Below are positions 46,050 to 55,035 of a stretch of DNA of 64,000 nucleotides, in pieces. The notes below the pieces were generated by a model, which searched no databases, was not told the origin of the DNA, and saw only the letters and a list, made by a program, of their open reading frames with translations. A program made the position numbers and the translations under genes. This DNA comes from an uncultured delta proteobacterium (GTDB lineage: Bacteria > Desulfobacterota > Binatia > HRBIN30 > BPIQ01): NCBI GenBank assembly GCA_963761335.1, contig CAVXGR010000017.1, forward strand, positions 288,001-352,000. Reading direction: 5' to 3'. Every line of letters begins with the position of its first letter. The first letter of the stretch is position 1.

Positions 46050-46112
46050 TTGGTGCCTGCTGCCCTGACCGGGACGCTGGAGAGACAATCGAGGCCGACG
46101 GCACCGCGCCGG

Positions 46113-47327
46113 TCATTGCGGGTCGGTGCGGGTGGGATGGCGGTCGCGGCGACGGGTGCCGCCGCGACCGATGGCGTCGTTTCCGAAGCGGTCGGTGATT
46201 GCGTCGAGGGCGCGGTTGAGGGCGGCTCGCCGTTGCAGCTCCGCCGGTGGAAACAGCGGCAGCTGGGCCGTCGCGGCGCGCTCGATGCCGCTCACCGAGA
46301 CGCCGATCAGGCGAACGGTCTTGCCGGCCTGCACCGCGTCCCAGAGCGCCAGCGCCGTCCGGGCAATCGTCGTGGTGTCGTCGGTGGCGGGCTTCAGTGA
46401 AGTGCTGCGGGTCAGGATGGGGTACTTCCCGGGTCGCAGGCGCTGCGCCAGCTTGATCTTCAGGGTCACCGTGCGGCCGCGGCTGCCGTCAGCACGCAGG
46501 CGACGAGCGACCGTCTGCGCGTGCTCGACGATGGCGTCGCGGACGACCTCGCCGTCGCGCAAGTCGTGCTCGAAGGTCGATTCCTCGCCGTACGATTTCC
46601 GGTGCCCACTGGAATCCACGAGGCGCGCGTCCCGCCCCCGCGCCAGCTCGCGGAGCGCCAATCCGAAGTGACCGACAGAACGCTCGAGGGCGGCGGGATC
46701 GGCGTCGGCGAGATCGCCGACGGTGACGATGCCGAGCCCGGCCAGCGCCTCGTGGGTCACCGGTCCCACTCCCCAGAGCTGGCTCACCGGGAGCGGTCGC
46801 AGGAACGAGTCGACGTCGCCGGGCCTGACCTCGAGGAGCCCGTCGGGCTTGCAGGCGGTGCTGGCGATCTTGGCCACCATCTTGGTCGGGCCGATGCCGA
46901 CGGAAACGGTGAGACCGGTCACCTCGCGGACCCGATCCTTGAGCCGCGCGCCGATCGCCCTCGGCTCCCCCAGCAGGCGCAGCGAGCCGCTGATGTCGAG
47001 GAAGGCCTCGTCCAGAGAGAGCGGCTCGACCAGCGGCGTGATCTCCTCGAAGAGACGGCGGATCTGCTTGGCGATGGCGGCATAGGTGGACATGCGCCCG
47101 GGCACGAAGATGCCGTGCGGGCAGAGCCGCCGCGCCTGCACCGTCGGCATTGCCGAGTGCACTCCGTAGACGCGCGCCTCGTAGGACGCCGTCATCACCA
47201 CGCCGCGATTGCTCCTGCCACCGACGATGACGGGCTTGTCGCGCAGCTCCGGGTGATCGCGTTGCTCCACGGCGGCGTAGAAGGCGTCCATGTCGGCGTG
47301 CATGATCGTGGACGGGGTCGCGGCCAT
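46113..47327 (-). CDS. dinB: DNA polymerase IV
   Basis: HADMDAFYAAVEQRD, ASYEAR.YGV.SAMP, SLDEAFLD, AKIAS...KPDG, RLIGV. Confidence 0.97.
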   Translation of the reverse strand: MAATPSTIMHADMDAFYAAVEQRDHPELRDKPVIVGGRSNRGVVMTASYEARVYGVHSAMPTVQARRLCPHGIFVPGRMSTYAAIAKQIRRLFEEITPLVEPLSLDEAFLDISGSLRLLGEPRAIGARLKDRVREVTGLTVSVGIGPTKMVAKIASTACKPDGLLEVRPGDVDSFLRPLPVSQLWGVGPVTHEALAGLGIVTVGDLADADPAALERSVGHFGLALRELARGRDARLVDSSGHRKSYGEESTFEHDLRDGEVVRDAIVEHAQTVARRLRADGSRGRTVTLKIKLAQRLRPGKYPILTRSTSLKPATDDTTTIARTALALWDAVQAGKTVRLIGVSVSGIERAATAQLPLFPPAELQRRAALNRALDAITDRFGNDAIGRGGTRRRDRHPTRTDPQ

Positions 47328-47380
47328 CGGCGCGATTCTCGCACGGGAGCGCCGGCGCTGCTACATTCTGCGCGAGGAAG

Positions 47381-48781
47381 ATGGCGGAGAAAAAGAAAGG
47401 CGCGATTCCCAAGGGGAGCACCGCGGATGCGGCGGCGGCGAGCTTGCCGGCGGCGGCGCGGCCGGTGCTGGCGGCGATTGCGGCTGGCAAGGTCAAGCCG
47501 GTCTATCTGGTCTTCGGCGAGTCCTTTCTCGTCGGCGCCGTCGCCCAGGCGCTGATCGAGGCACTGGTGCCCGCCGAGCGGCGCAGCTTCAATCTCGAGG
47601 TCTACGACGGGCGGGCGACGCCGCTGGTCACCATTCTCGACAGCGCCCGCACGGCGGGGCTCTTCGCCGGCACCAAGGTGATCTGGGTGCGCGAGGCGCC
47701 GATGCTGCAATCGAGCGAGAAGCGCAGCGATACGCTCAAGGCGATCGTCGACGGTGTTGCCGACGGTCGCATGGAAGGAGCCGGCTCGCGGTTGCTGGCG
47801 CTGATCGCCGCCGCCGGCTGGTCGCAGGAGGACTTCGAATCGCGGCGCATCAGCGAGATGCCGGCGAGCCGTCGCGCCCAGGCCTTCGGCGAGGGAGCCG
47901 ACGATGCGGCTCTGGCCGCCCTCGACGAGGTGCAGGCGTGGGCCAAGGATCGCGGCATGCAGGTGTCGGCCGCCGCCGACCCCGGCGAGGAGATGCTGGC
48001 GCGCCTCGAGGCGGGCCTGCCGGGAGTCGTGATGCTGTTCACCGCCGAGAGCGTTGACAGCCGCAAGCGCCTGGTGAAGCGGCTGAAGGATCTCGGCGAG
48101 CTGCTGCCGCTCTCGGTGGAGCGCGAGCGCAGTGGCGCGCTCAAGGCGGAGAGTGCCGCGGCGATCATCGATCGCATCGTCGCCGAGCACGGCAAGTCGC
48201 TCACCGCTGCGGCCCGTAGCCGTCTCATGCGGCGTGTCGGCGGCGATGCCGCGGCGCTGTCGAACGAGGTCGAGAAGCTCTGCCTGTTCGCCGCCGGCGA
48301 TGCCATCCAGCCGGCGGAGGTCGACGCCGTGGTGCGCGACCTCGGCGACGCCTGGATCTTCGACTTCACCGACGCCCTCGGCAACCGCGACCTGGGACGC
48401 GCCCTTCAGGTGTTGCGCGGTCTTCTCGCCGGAGGCGACCACCCGCTGCGCATCCTGGCGACGCTGCACTCGCAGATCCGCTTGCTCCTCATCCTGCGCG
48501 AGTGCCTCGACGGTCCCTGGCGGCAGGCGTGGCGCCCCGGGACGCGCGCCGATGCGTTCACGCGCACCTTGCTGCCGGCGCTCTCCGACGAGGAGCGCGC
48601 CGACATCGGCAACATGCATCCCTACCGCTTGTCGCTGACCACCGGCTACGCCGCCAAGCTGCCGGCCGCGCGGCTCCGCTGGGCTCTGGCGCAGCTCGCG
48701 GACATCGACGGCCGCCTGAAATCGTCGCGCGGCGACCCGGCGGTGCTGCTGGAGAAGTTCGTCATCGACTACACGACGTGA
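47381..48781 (+). CDS. holA: DNA polymerase III subunit delta (long form)
   Basis: PVYLVFGE, FNLEVYDG, GLFAGTKVIWV, NEVEKLCLF, IFDFTDAL, HPLRIL, D..LKS. Confidence 0.85.
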   Translation: MAEKKKGAIPKGSTADAAAASLPAAARPVLAAIAAGKVKPVYLVFGESFLVGAVAQALIEALVPAERRSFNLEVYDGRATPLVTILDSARTAGLFAGTKVIWVREAPMLQSSEKRSDTLKAIVDGVADGRMEGAGSRLLALIAAAGWSQEDFESRRISEMPASRRAQAFGEGADDAALAALDEVQAWAKDRGMQVSAAADPGEEMLARLEAGLPGVVMLFTAESVDSRKRLVKRLKDLGELLPLSVERERSGALKAESAAAIIDRIVAEHGKSLTAAARSRLMRRVGGDAAALSNEVEKLCLFAAGDAIQPAEVDAVVRDLGDAWIFDFTDALGNRDLGRALQVLRGLLAGGDHPLRILATLHSQIRLLLILRECLDGPWRQAWRPGTRADAFTRTLLPALSDEERADIGNMHPYRLSLTTGYAAKLPAARLRWALAQLADIDGRLKSSRGDPAVLLEKFVIDYTT

Positions 48782-48784
48782 GAG

Positions 48785-49016
48785 AGGCAGGTTGTTAGGT
48801 TGTTGGTTGTTAGGTTGTTGGTTGTTAGGTTGTTGGTTGTTAGGTTGTTGGTTGTTAGGTCTGACAACGACAACCTCGCAACTCAACAACTCAACAACTC
48901 AACAACTCAACAACTCAACAACTCAACAACCTAACAACCTAACAACCTAACAACCTAACAACCTAACAACCTAACAACCTAACAACCTAACAACGCAACA
49001 ACCTAACAACCTGCCT
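48785..49016. repeat. large inverted tandem-repeat element
   Basis: Left (GTTGTTAGGTTGTTG)x4 plus GTTGTTAG; right (AACTCAAC)x6, (AACCTAAC)x8, AACGCAAC, AACCTAAC; complementary ends AGGCAGGTTGTTAGGTT / AACCTAACAACCTGCCT. Confidence 0.95.
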
Positions 49017-49019
49017 TCT

Positions 49020-50528
49020 TCATCGGCCCACGTTCGGGTCGCGCTGGATGGCGCGGGCGCGGACGGTGAACACGCTGTCGCCGCTGAGGATGCCGCCGCG
49101 GCCGAACAGTCTGCCGTGTTGCCAGTTGGAAAGGCCGAGCTCCGGGCGGTCGAGGGCGTACTGTCCGTCGACCCAGCGAGTGAAGCCGTTGCCGACGAAG
49201 GCGGCGTTGACGCGCCCGTAGAAGTGGCGCTGTGCGGCCTCGTCGTCGCTGATCAGGCTGGCGATGAACTGCGGGCTGAATCGGTTGAAGAGGTCGACGG
49301 CCTGGTCGACGGAGTCGACCAGCTTGAGAGTGACCTCCGGGGTCTCCTCCCACTCCCATTCGCGACCGAGCATGTCCTCGGGGAGAGTGGTGGCCTGCGG
49401 CTCGCGCACGTCGCCTTCGGCGCGGCGCACCTCGACCTGCATGGTGTAGAGCGCCGACGGCACCGCGCCGCGATCCTCCTCGACGACGTGCAGGCGGAAC
49501 CCGTGTCCGCGCCGCGCCGCCGCCTTCTGGAGGCTGTCCAGAAAGACGCCAACCAGGTCGCCGGCGCGGGCGCGCACGATGCAGCAGACGTTGAGGGTGT
49601 TGCAGACCTTGCGGTCGAGCGAGTGGAGCACAGCGGCGCCGAAGACCGCCGGGCTCGCCGCCTCGCCGGCGACGATCCAGGCGCCGCCGGTGCCGTGCAG
49701 GCTCACCGGCACGCCCGCTTGCTGGGCCAGCGCCCCGAGCGTGGCCACCGCCGCTCCCGAGCCGCGCGCCACGGCCAGAGCCAGGCGCCGGTCGGCGAAG
49801 AGCGCCCAGCCGGCGGCGTGCTCGGGGCTGTCGATCAGGCACACGGCGCCCGCGGGAAGGCCGGCGGACTCGAGGGCCGGGGTCAGCGCCGTCGCCATGA
49901 CGGCGCGGGCGGTGCGCAGCGCGTCGCTGCCGATGCGGAAGACGACGGTGTTGCCGCCGCGCAGGACGCCGGTGGCGTCTGCCAGCACGTTGGGGCGGCC
50001 CTCGAAGACGAAGGCGACGATGCCGAGCTCGGCGCCGAGGAGCTCGAGGGTCCAGCCCTCGTGCTCGACGGTCTCCAGAACCCGGCCGCGTTGTGAAGGC
50101 GCATCGATCCAGCCGCGCAGTCCCTGAATCATGCCGCGGCGCATGTCCTCGCTGGCCACCAGTCGCGTGGTCGAGCGGCCGCGCCGGCGGGCATCCTCGA
50201 CGTCGGCTCCATTGGCGCGGGCGATCTCGTCCCAAATGGCGTCGGATTCGAGACGCCCGGCGAACTCTTCGTAGAAGCGGGAGATCTGCGCGTCTGCCAC
50301 CGAGCCCATGCCGGCGAAGGCCGCCGCGGCGCGCGAGACGGCTTCGGCGGCGATGTGCTTCTGCGCCGCCGGGATCAGCAGCAGCTCGCCGGTGCGCTCG
50401 ACGACGACCAGCGAGTCGCCGGGCGAGAAGCGCTGCGCCAGCTCAGCGGGCACGCGCGCCACGCGATCGCCGCCGAAGACGATCTCCATTCCCGGGCGCA
50501 GCTCCGTCAGTTGGAAAGTTTGTGGCAT
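49020..50528 (-). CDS. proA: glutamate-5-semialdehyde dehydrogenase-like protein with N-terminal extension
   Basis: LGIVAFVFEGRPNV..D, GNTVVFR.GS.A, ARGSG, KVCNTL (catalytic Cys), EWE, FTRWVDG...ELGLS...RG. Confidence 0.8.
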   Translation of the reverse strand: MPQTFQLTELRPGMEIVFGGDRVARVPAELAQRFSPGDSLVVVERTGELLLIPAAQKHIAAEAVSRAAAAFAGMGSVADAQISRFYEEFAGRLESDAIWDEIARANGADVEDARRRGRSTTRLVASEDMRRGMIQGLRGWIDAPSQRGRVLETVEHEGWTLELLGAELGIVAFVFEGRPNVLADATGVLRGGNTVVFRIGSDALRTARAVMATALTPALESAGLPAGAVCLIDSPEHAAGWALFADRRLALAVARGSGAAVATLGALAQQAGVPVSLHGTGGAWIVAGEAASPAVFGAAVLHSLDRKVCNTLNVCCIVRARAGDLVGVFLDSLQKAAARRGHGFRLHVVEEDRGAVPSALYTMQVEVRRAEGDVREPQATTLPEDMLGREWEWEETPEVTLKLVDSVDQAVDLFNRFSPQFIASLISDDEAAQRHFYGRVNAAFVGNGFTRWVDGQYALDRPELGLSNWQHGRLFGRGGILSGDSVFTVRARAIQRDPNVGR

Positions 50529-50691
50529 GGCCAGTCTCGGTCCACCGTCATGTTAGAAACCGCTCGCGGCGATGTCCAGCGCCTGTGCACGAGCGTGGCG
50601 AGGGGGATGTTTCGCCCTGTCAGAACGAATGGAGAACGACGGGACGAGGACCGGGAATGAGAATGGAGAACGAAAAGCTACCCGCGTGCAC

Positions 50692-51606
50692 TCATACCCG
50701 CTCGCGGCGGCGCTGGTGGGCGGCGCAGACCTCGGCCCCGGCGAGGACGATCAGCCAGCCGATGTAGATCCAGGCGAGCAGGATCGGCAGCTGCCAGAGG
50801 GCGCCGTAGATCGCCGAGAAGCGGACCAGGGAGATCATGAAGTTCACGTAGGCCCACTGGGCCAGCTGCCAGAGGGTGCCGGCGACCACGGCGCCGACGA
50901 TCGCCGAGCGCCGCGAGACGCGGGCGTTCGGCAGCACGTTGTACATAATCGTGAACATGGTGAAGAGCACGGCGTAGGGCACCAGGCGCAGCAGCACCAC
51001 CAGGTAGCTGCCGAGGAAGGCGTTCTCCACCACCTGGCGGGCCGCGGAGCCGCGCCGGAAGAGGGCGGTGAAGGCGAGCGCGATGAGCAGGAGCGTGGGG
51101 CCGGTGACGGCGACGGCGGCGTAGGCGCGCAGCTTGCGCCACACGGAGCGACCCGGGAGACGGCCCCATATGACGTTGAAGACCAGCTCGACGCTGCCGA
51201 GGATGCCGGCACTCGCCAGGCACACGGCCACGACGCTGACCACGCCCACGGCGGCCAGATTGGTGCGGTCGATGAAATGCACGATCGGCAGGGCGACGTC
51301 GCGCGAGCCGGCGCCGATGGTGGTGGCGATGAACGGCGTGAGCTCGCGGTGGAGATCGAGGTACTTGATCACCGCGAACAGCGAGGTGAGAACCGGCACC
51401 AGACCGATCACCGTGTAGTAGGCGAGGGCCGCCGCCCACTGGAAGCACAGGTCGCGGATGTACGCGAGCACCGCTTCCGGCAGCACGGCGAAGAGCAGCA
51501 CGATCTCGCGCGCCAAGAGCGTGGGTGCCCGCCGCCAGAGAGCAGGAACCTTTTCCGGTGTCACCCGGAGCGGCTCATCCGCCGAGGTCTGCGTCGACGA
51601 CTCCAT
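50692..51606 (-). CDS. YihY/BrkB family membrane protein
   Basis: AAALAYYT, FNVIW, YNVLPN, IYGAL..LPILLAWIYIGWLIVLAGAEV. Confidence 0.93.
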   Translation of the reverse strand: MESSTQTSADEPLRVTPEKVPALWRRAPTLLAREIVLLFAVLPEAVLAYIRDLCFQWAAALAYYTVIGLVPVLTSLFAVIKYLDLHRELTPFIATTIGAGSRDVALPIVHFIDRTNLAAVGVVSVVAVCLASAGILGSVELVFNVIWGRLPGRSVWRKLRAYAAVAVTGPTLLLIALAFTALFRRGSAARQVVENAFLGSYLVVLLRLVPYAVLFTMFTIMYNVLPNARVSRRSAIVGAVVAGTLWQLAQWAYVNFMISLVRFSAIYGALWQLPILLAWIYIGWLIVLAGAEVCAAHQRRRERV

Positions 51607-51647
51607 TGTCGGTGTCCGGGGGTGGCTTCAGCCGGCGGAGAAGCCGC

Positions 51648-52097
51648 TCAGTCGAGGCCGCGTCGCACGACGAAGGCCGGACACGGAGCGTGGCGGATGA
51701 TCTTCTCCGCCACCGAGCCCATGAGCAGGTGTTGAATGCCGCTGCGCCCATGGGTGGCGATGACGATCATGTCGGCCTTGTACCGCTGCGCGATATTGAG
51801 GATCTCGCTCGTCGGATCGCCCTCCTCGACCAGCAGGACACAGTGCGGATAGCTTTCCAGCTTTTCCTGGCGGAGAACCTCGAGATTGTCCGCCGCCTGC
51901 TTGCTGACGTCCTCGAAGGGCACCGCCACCTCTTGGTCCTCGAACTGGAACTCGTTGCTGATCGGCTCGTGGAGGATGTGGGGGATGACCAAGGTGCCGT
52001 TCGAGAGCCGGGCGAAGCGAAGCGCGTACTCGAGCGCGCGATACGAGGCCTCCGAGAAATCGGTGGGACAGATGATCGTCTTGAACTCCCGCGGCAT
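51648..52097 (-). CDS. universal stress protein
   Basis: IICPTDFSEAS, GDP..EI, IVIATHGRSG....MGSVAEKIIRHAPCP. Confidence 0.95.
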   Translation of the reverse strand: MPREFKTIICPTDFSEASYRALEYALRFARLSNGTLVIPHILHEPISNEFQFEDQEVAVPFEDVSKQAADNLEVLRQEKLESYPHCVLLVEEGDPTSEILNIAQRYKADMIVIATHGRSGIQHLLMGSVAEKIIRHAPCPAFVVRRGLD

Positions 52098-52148
52098 CGA
52101 TGCACCTCGGTCTCAGGATGCCGTTTTTTGAGCGCCCTGCAAGAGAAA

Positions 52149-52345
52149 GGGTGTTGGGTGTTGAGGTATTGGGTGTTGGGGGAGAGAAAAGGCAATGGAG
52201 AATGGAGAACCGGTGACCGGTGATGCAAAACCGCCAAATGGCAGTTTCCGCATTGGCCGGTTCTCCATCACCGGTCACCGGTCTTTCATTCTCCATTTCT
52301 CGTCTCTTCTCCCCAACACCTCAACACCCAACACCGCAACACCCC
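52149..52345. repeat. nested inverted tandem-repeat element (~200 bp hairpin)
   Basis: Outer arms (GGGTGTT)n / (AACACCC)n; inner arms AATGGAG AATGGAG AACCGGT GACCGGT GATG / CATC ACCGGTC ACCGGTC TTTCATT CTCCATT. Confidence 0.88.
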
Positions 52346-52348
52346 GTT

Positions 52349-53560
52349 TCAGGCGACGATGCCGTGGCGATGCAGCTCGGCAATTTCCTCCGCGGGCAGA
52401 CGCAAGACGCGCCGCAGGACAGCGTCGGTGTGCTCGCCCAGGAGCGGTCCGGGAGCGTCCACGAACCCGGGGCGGTCGGAGAGCTGGAAGGGAATGCCGT
52501 CCAGGGTCACCGAGTCTCCCTCGGGAGTCGGCACGGTCACCCAGTAGCCGCGGGCGCGCAGCTGCGGGTCGTGCCGGCAGAGGTCCTCGGCGTCGGCGAC
52601 CACGGCGGCGGCGATGCCGGCGCCCTGCAGCGCCTCGGCGACCTCTTCGGCGGAACGCCTGCGCGTCCAGCGTTCGACGGCGGCACCGAGCTCCTCGGCG
52701 TGGCGCAGGCGCGATGTGGGATCGGCGAAGCGCGGCTCGGAGGTCCAGGAAGGGGCGCCGATGGCGGCGATGAAGCGGCGCCACTCGGCATCCCCGAAGA
52801 CGGTGATGGCGCACCATCGTTCCCGGCGCGCGTGCGACTCGTCGTCGCGACAGCGGAAGACGCCGTCGGGGGCGGCGCCTCCCTCCGGCGAGCGGTTGCC
52901 CGTGGCGGGGCAGTCGCCTCCGGCGAGCACGCGCATCAGCGCGGGACCGGCGAGCGCCGTCAGATTCTCCAGCTGGGACACGTCGATGAGCTGTCCCGCG
53001 CCGGTGCGGCGGCGATGCCACAGGGCGATGACCACGGCGAGCGCGGCGCTGCCGCCGGCGGCCGTATCGGAGTAGGAGAAGCCCCAGCCGGCCGGCGCGC
53101 CGCCGGCATGGCGCATCGACAGGGTGTAGCCGGCGCGCGCCTGCAGCGTCGGACCATAGCTGACATAGTCGCGGTGCGGGCCGCTGCGCCCGAAGCCGGA
53201 CATGCTGAGGGCGATGATGTCCGCTCTCAGCCGGCACAGAGAGGCGTAGTCGAGCCCCCAGTTGTCCATCACTCGGGCGCTGAAGTTGTCGGCGACCACG
53301 TCGGAGACGCGCACCAGGCTTTCCACCAGCTCGACGCCGCGGCGTTGGTTCATGTCGACGATCAGGCTCTGCTTGCCGCGGTTCAGATTGCCGCTGAGCC
53401 CGCCGCGGCGGCTGCCGTAGTCGAGGGCGTCGCGACGCTCGATCTTGATGACCTCGGCGCCCTGGTCACAGAGAAGCCGCATCGCCATGGGTCCGGCGAC
53501 CACCCAGGTGAAGTCGAGGATGCGAACGCCTTCGAGTATGCGCCGGCGAGGCCGCGGCAT
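52349..53560 (-). CDS. class III CoA-transferase (CaiB/BbsF-like), catalytic Asp present
   Basis: LEGVRILDFTWVVAGP, GAEVIKIE, NRGKQS, SGFG..GP, YSDTAAG, DPQL.ARG, PLLGEHT. Confidence 0.93.
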   Translation of the reverse strand: MPRPRRRILEGVRILDFTWVVAGPMAMRLLCDQGAEVIKIERRDALDYGSRRGGLSGNLNRGKQSLIVDMNQRRGVELVESLVRVSDVVADNFSARVMDNWGLDYASLCRLRADIIALSMSGFGRSGPHRDYVSYGPTLQARAGYTLSMRHAGGAPAGWGFSYSDTAAGGSAALAVVIALWHRRRTGAGQLIDVSQLENLTALAGPALMRVLAGGDCPATGNRSPEGGAAPDGVFRCRDDESHARRERWCAITVFGDAEWRRFIAAIGAPSWTSEPRFADPTSRLRHAEELGAAVERWTRRRSAEEVAEALQGAGIAAAVVADAEDLCRHDPQLRARGYWVTVPTPEGDSVTLDGIPFQLSDRPGFVDAPGPLLGEHTDAVLRRVLRLPAEEIAELHRHGIVA

Positions 53561-54792
53561 CAGACGACCCCGTCGCGCCGCAGCTGCTCGAGCGCCTCGC
53601 CGTCGACGCCGATCTCGGCGTAGATCTCGCGGTTGTGCTCCCCGGGGCGCGGCGGGCGGCGCGATATGCGCCACGGCGTGGCACTGAAGCGATACGGAGC
53701 CCCGGGGTAGCACACCTGTCCCTCCGCCTCGCCGTGATCGACGTCGACGAAGAAGCCGCGGGCGCGCAGCTGCGGGTCGTCGGGAACTCTCTCGAGCGGC
53801 ACGGCGGCCGCGTAGGGCAGGCGGCGCAGCTGCGCCGCCTCGGCGACCTCCTCGACGGAGCGATCGGCAACCCAGGCGTCGAGGACGTCAAAGAGGTGAT
53901 CGCAGTGAGTGCGGCGATACTCGTGCTCCTCCCACTCGGGGTCAACGAGGTCGCGGGCGACGCCGTCCGCCCGCACCCATTCGAGGAGCGAGGTCCAGTC
54001 GCCGAGGATGGAGTGGAGAAGATGGCCGTCGCGGCAGCGCCCCAGGCGGAAGGTGCGGCTCCAGTGCAGCGTGCCGCGCCTCTCCTCGACGCTGCCGGTC
54101 TGCTGATAGAAGCTGCTGACGTGCTCGACGGCCGCAACCACACATTCCTGGATGCTCACGTCGATCCACTGGCCCCGGCCGGTGTCCTCGCGGCCGAGCA
54201 GGGCCAGGACGGCGGCGAAGGCCGCATAGGTCGAGGCGCTGTGGTATGCCTGCGGCCCGAGGGCGCGCAGCGGCGGCTCACCGGGATGCCCGTTGACGAA
54301 GACCATGCCCCCGGCCGCCTGCGCCACCGTGTCCGAGGCGCGCCAGTGGCGACGCGGTCCGGACTGTCCGAACGGCGTGACCGAGACCATCACCAGACGG
54401 GGATTGTCGCGGCTGAGGTCGGCGTAGCCCAGGCCGCGCTCGTCGAGCCTTCCCGGTGGCTCGGACTCGATCAGGACGTCGGCGTCCTGCAGCAAACGGC
54501 GCAGCAGCTCGCGGCCGCGCGCCTCGTCGAGGTTGGCGGTGATGCCGCGCTTGCTGGTGTTGTAAAACTGGAAGAGAGGGCCCGGCGCTTCGCCGACACC
54601 GCCGGGTGAGGTGGCCCCGCGGGTCGGGTCGCCGCCGGGCCGCTCGACCTTGATCACGTCGGCGCCCATGTCGGCGAGGAGCTTGCCGCAGTAGCTGGCC
54701 TGCAGATCGCTGAGGTCGAGAACGCGGATGCCGTGCAGTGCCGAACGCGTCGATTGCATCGCGGGGCTCGCGTCCGGCGCGGTGGATGTCAT
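53560..54792 (-). CDS. class III CoA-transferase (BbsE-like subunit)
   Basis: LHGIRVLDL, MGADVIKVERPGGD, NTSKRGI, TPFGQSGP, GQWIDVS, PRPGEHN; QAYHSAS at the catalytic Asp position. Confidence 0.9.
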   Translation of the reverse strand: MTSTAPDASPAMQSTRSALHGIRVLDLSDLQASYCGKLLADMGADVIKVERPGGDPTRGATSPGGVGEAPGPLFQFYNTSKRGITANLDEARGRELLRRLLQDADVLIESEPPGRLDERGLGYADLSRDNPRLVMVSVTPFGQSGPRRHWRASDTVAQAAGGMVFVNGHPGEPPLRALGPQAYHSASTYAAFAAVLALLGREDTGRGQWIDVSIQECVVAAVEHVSSFYQQTGSVEERRGTLHWSRTFRLGRCRDGHLLHSILGDWTSLLEWVRADGVARDLVDPEWEEHEYRRTHCDHLFDVLDAWVADRSVEEVAEAAQLRRLPYAAAVPLERVPDDPQLRARGFFVDVDHGEAEGQVCYPGAPYRFSATPWRISRRPPRPGEHNREIYAEIGVDGEALEQLRRDGVV

Positions 54793-55035
54793 CTGCAGCG
54801 ACGCATACGGCAGCGGGGCGCGAGCGTCAACGCACTCCCTCTCCTGGCGCGTCCCGTCAGGGGCGCGGGCACATTTCCCGGACGGAAAGGGAAAACGAAA
54901 ACGGGGGCTCAAAAAATCTGCGAATTCGCTTGATGCCCTGCAAGGCCGTTGCTATAGATCCTGGCGCGGCGGCGTTCAGCGGCTGCAAAGAACACGACGA
55001 ACGCCATCCGTGTGGTTGGCGGGGAAGGGGCGGCA

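Noticed and set aside
47195..48889. Minus-strand ORF beginning with (PNNQQ)n
   Set aside because: Translation of the 15-bp DNA repeat running antisense to holA; shadow ORF
54850..55035. Riboswitch upstream of the NlpC/P60 gene
   Set aside because: Only a promoter-like TTGATG-17-TATAGA is seen; no recognisable aptamer consensus
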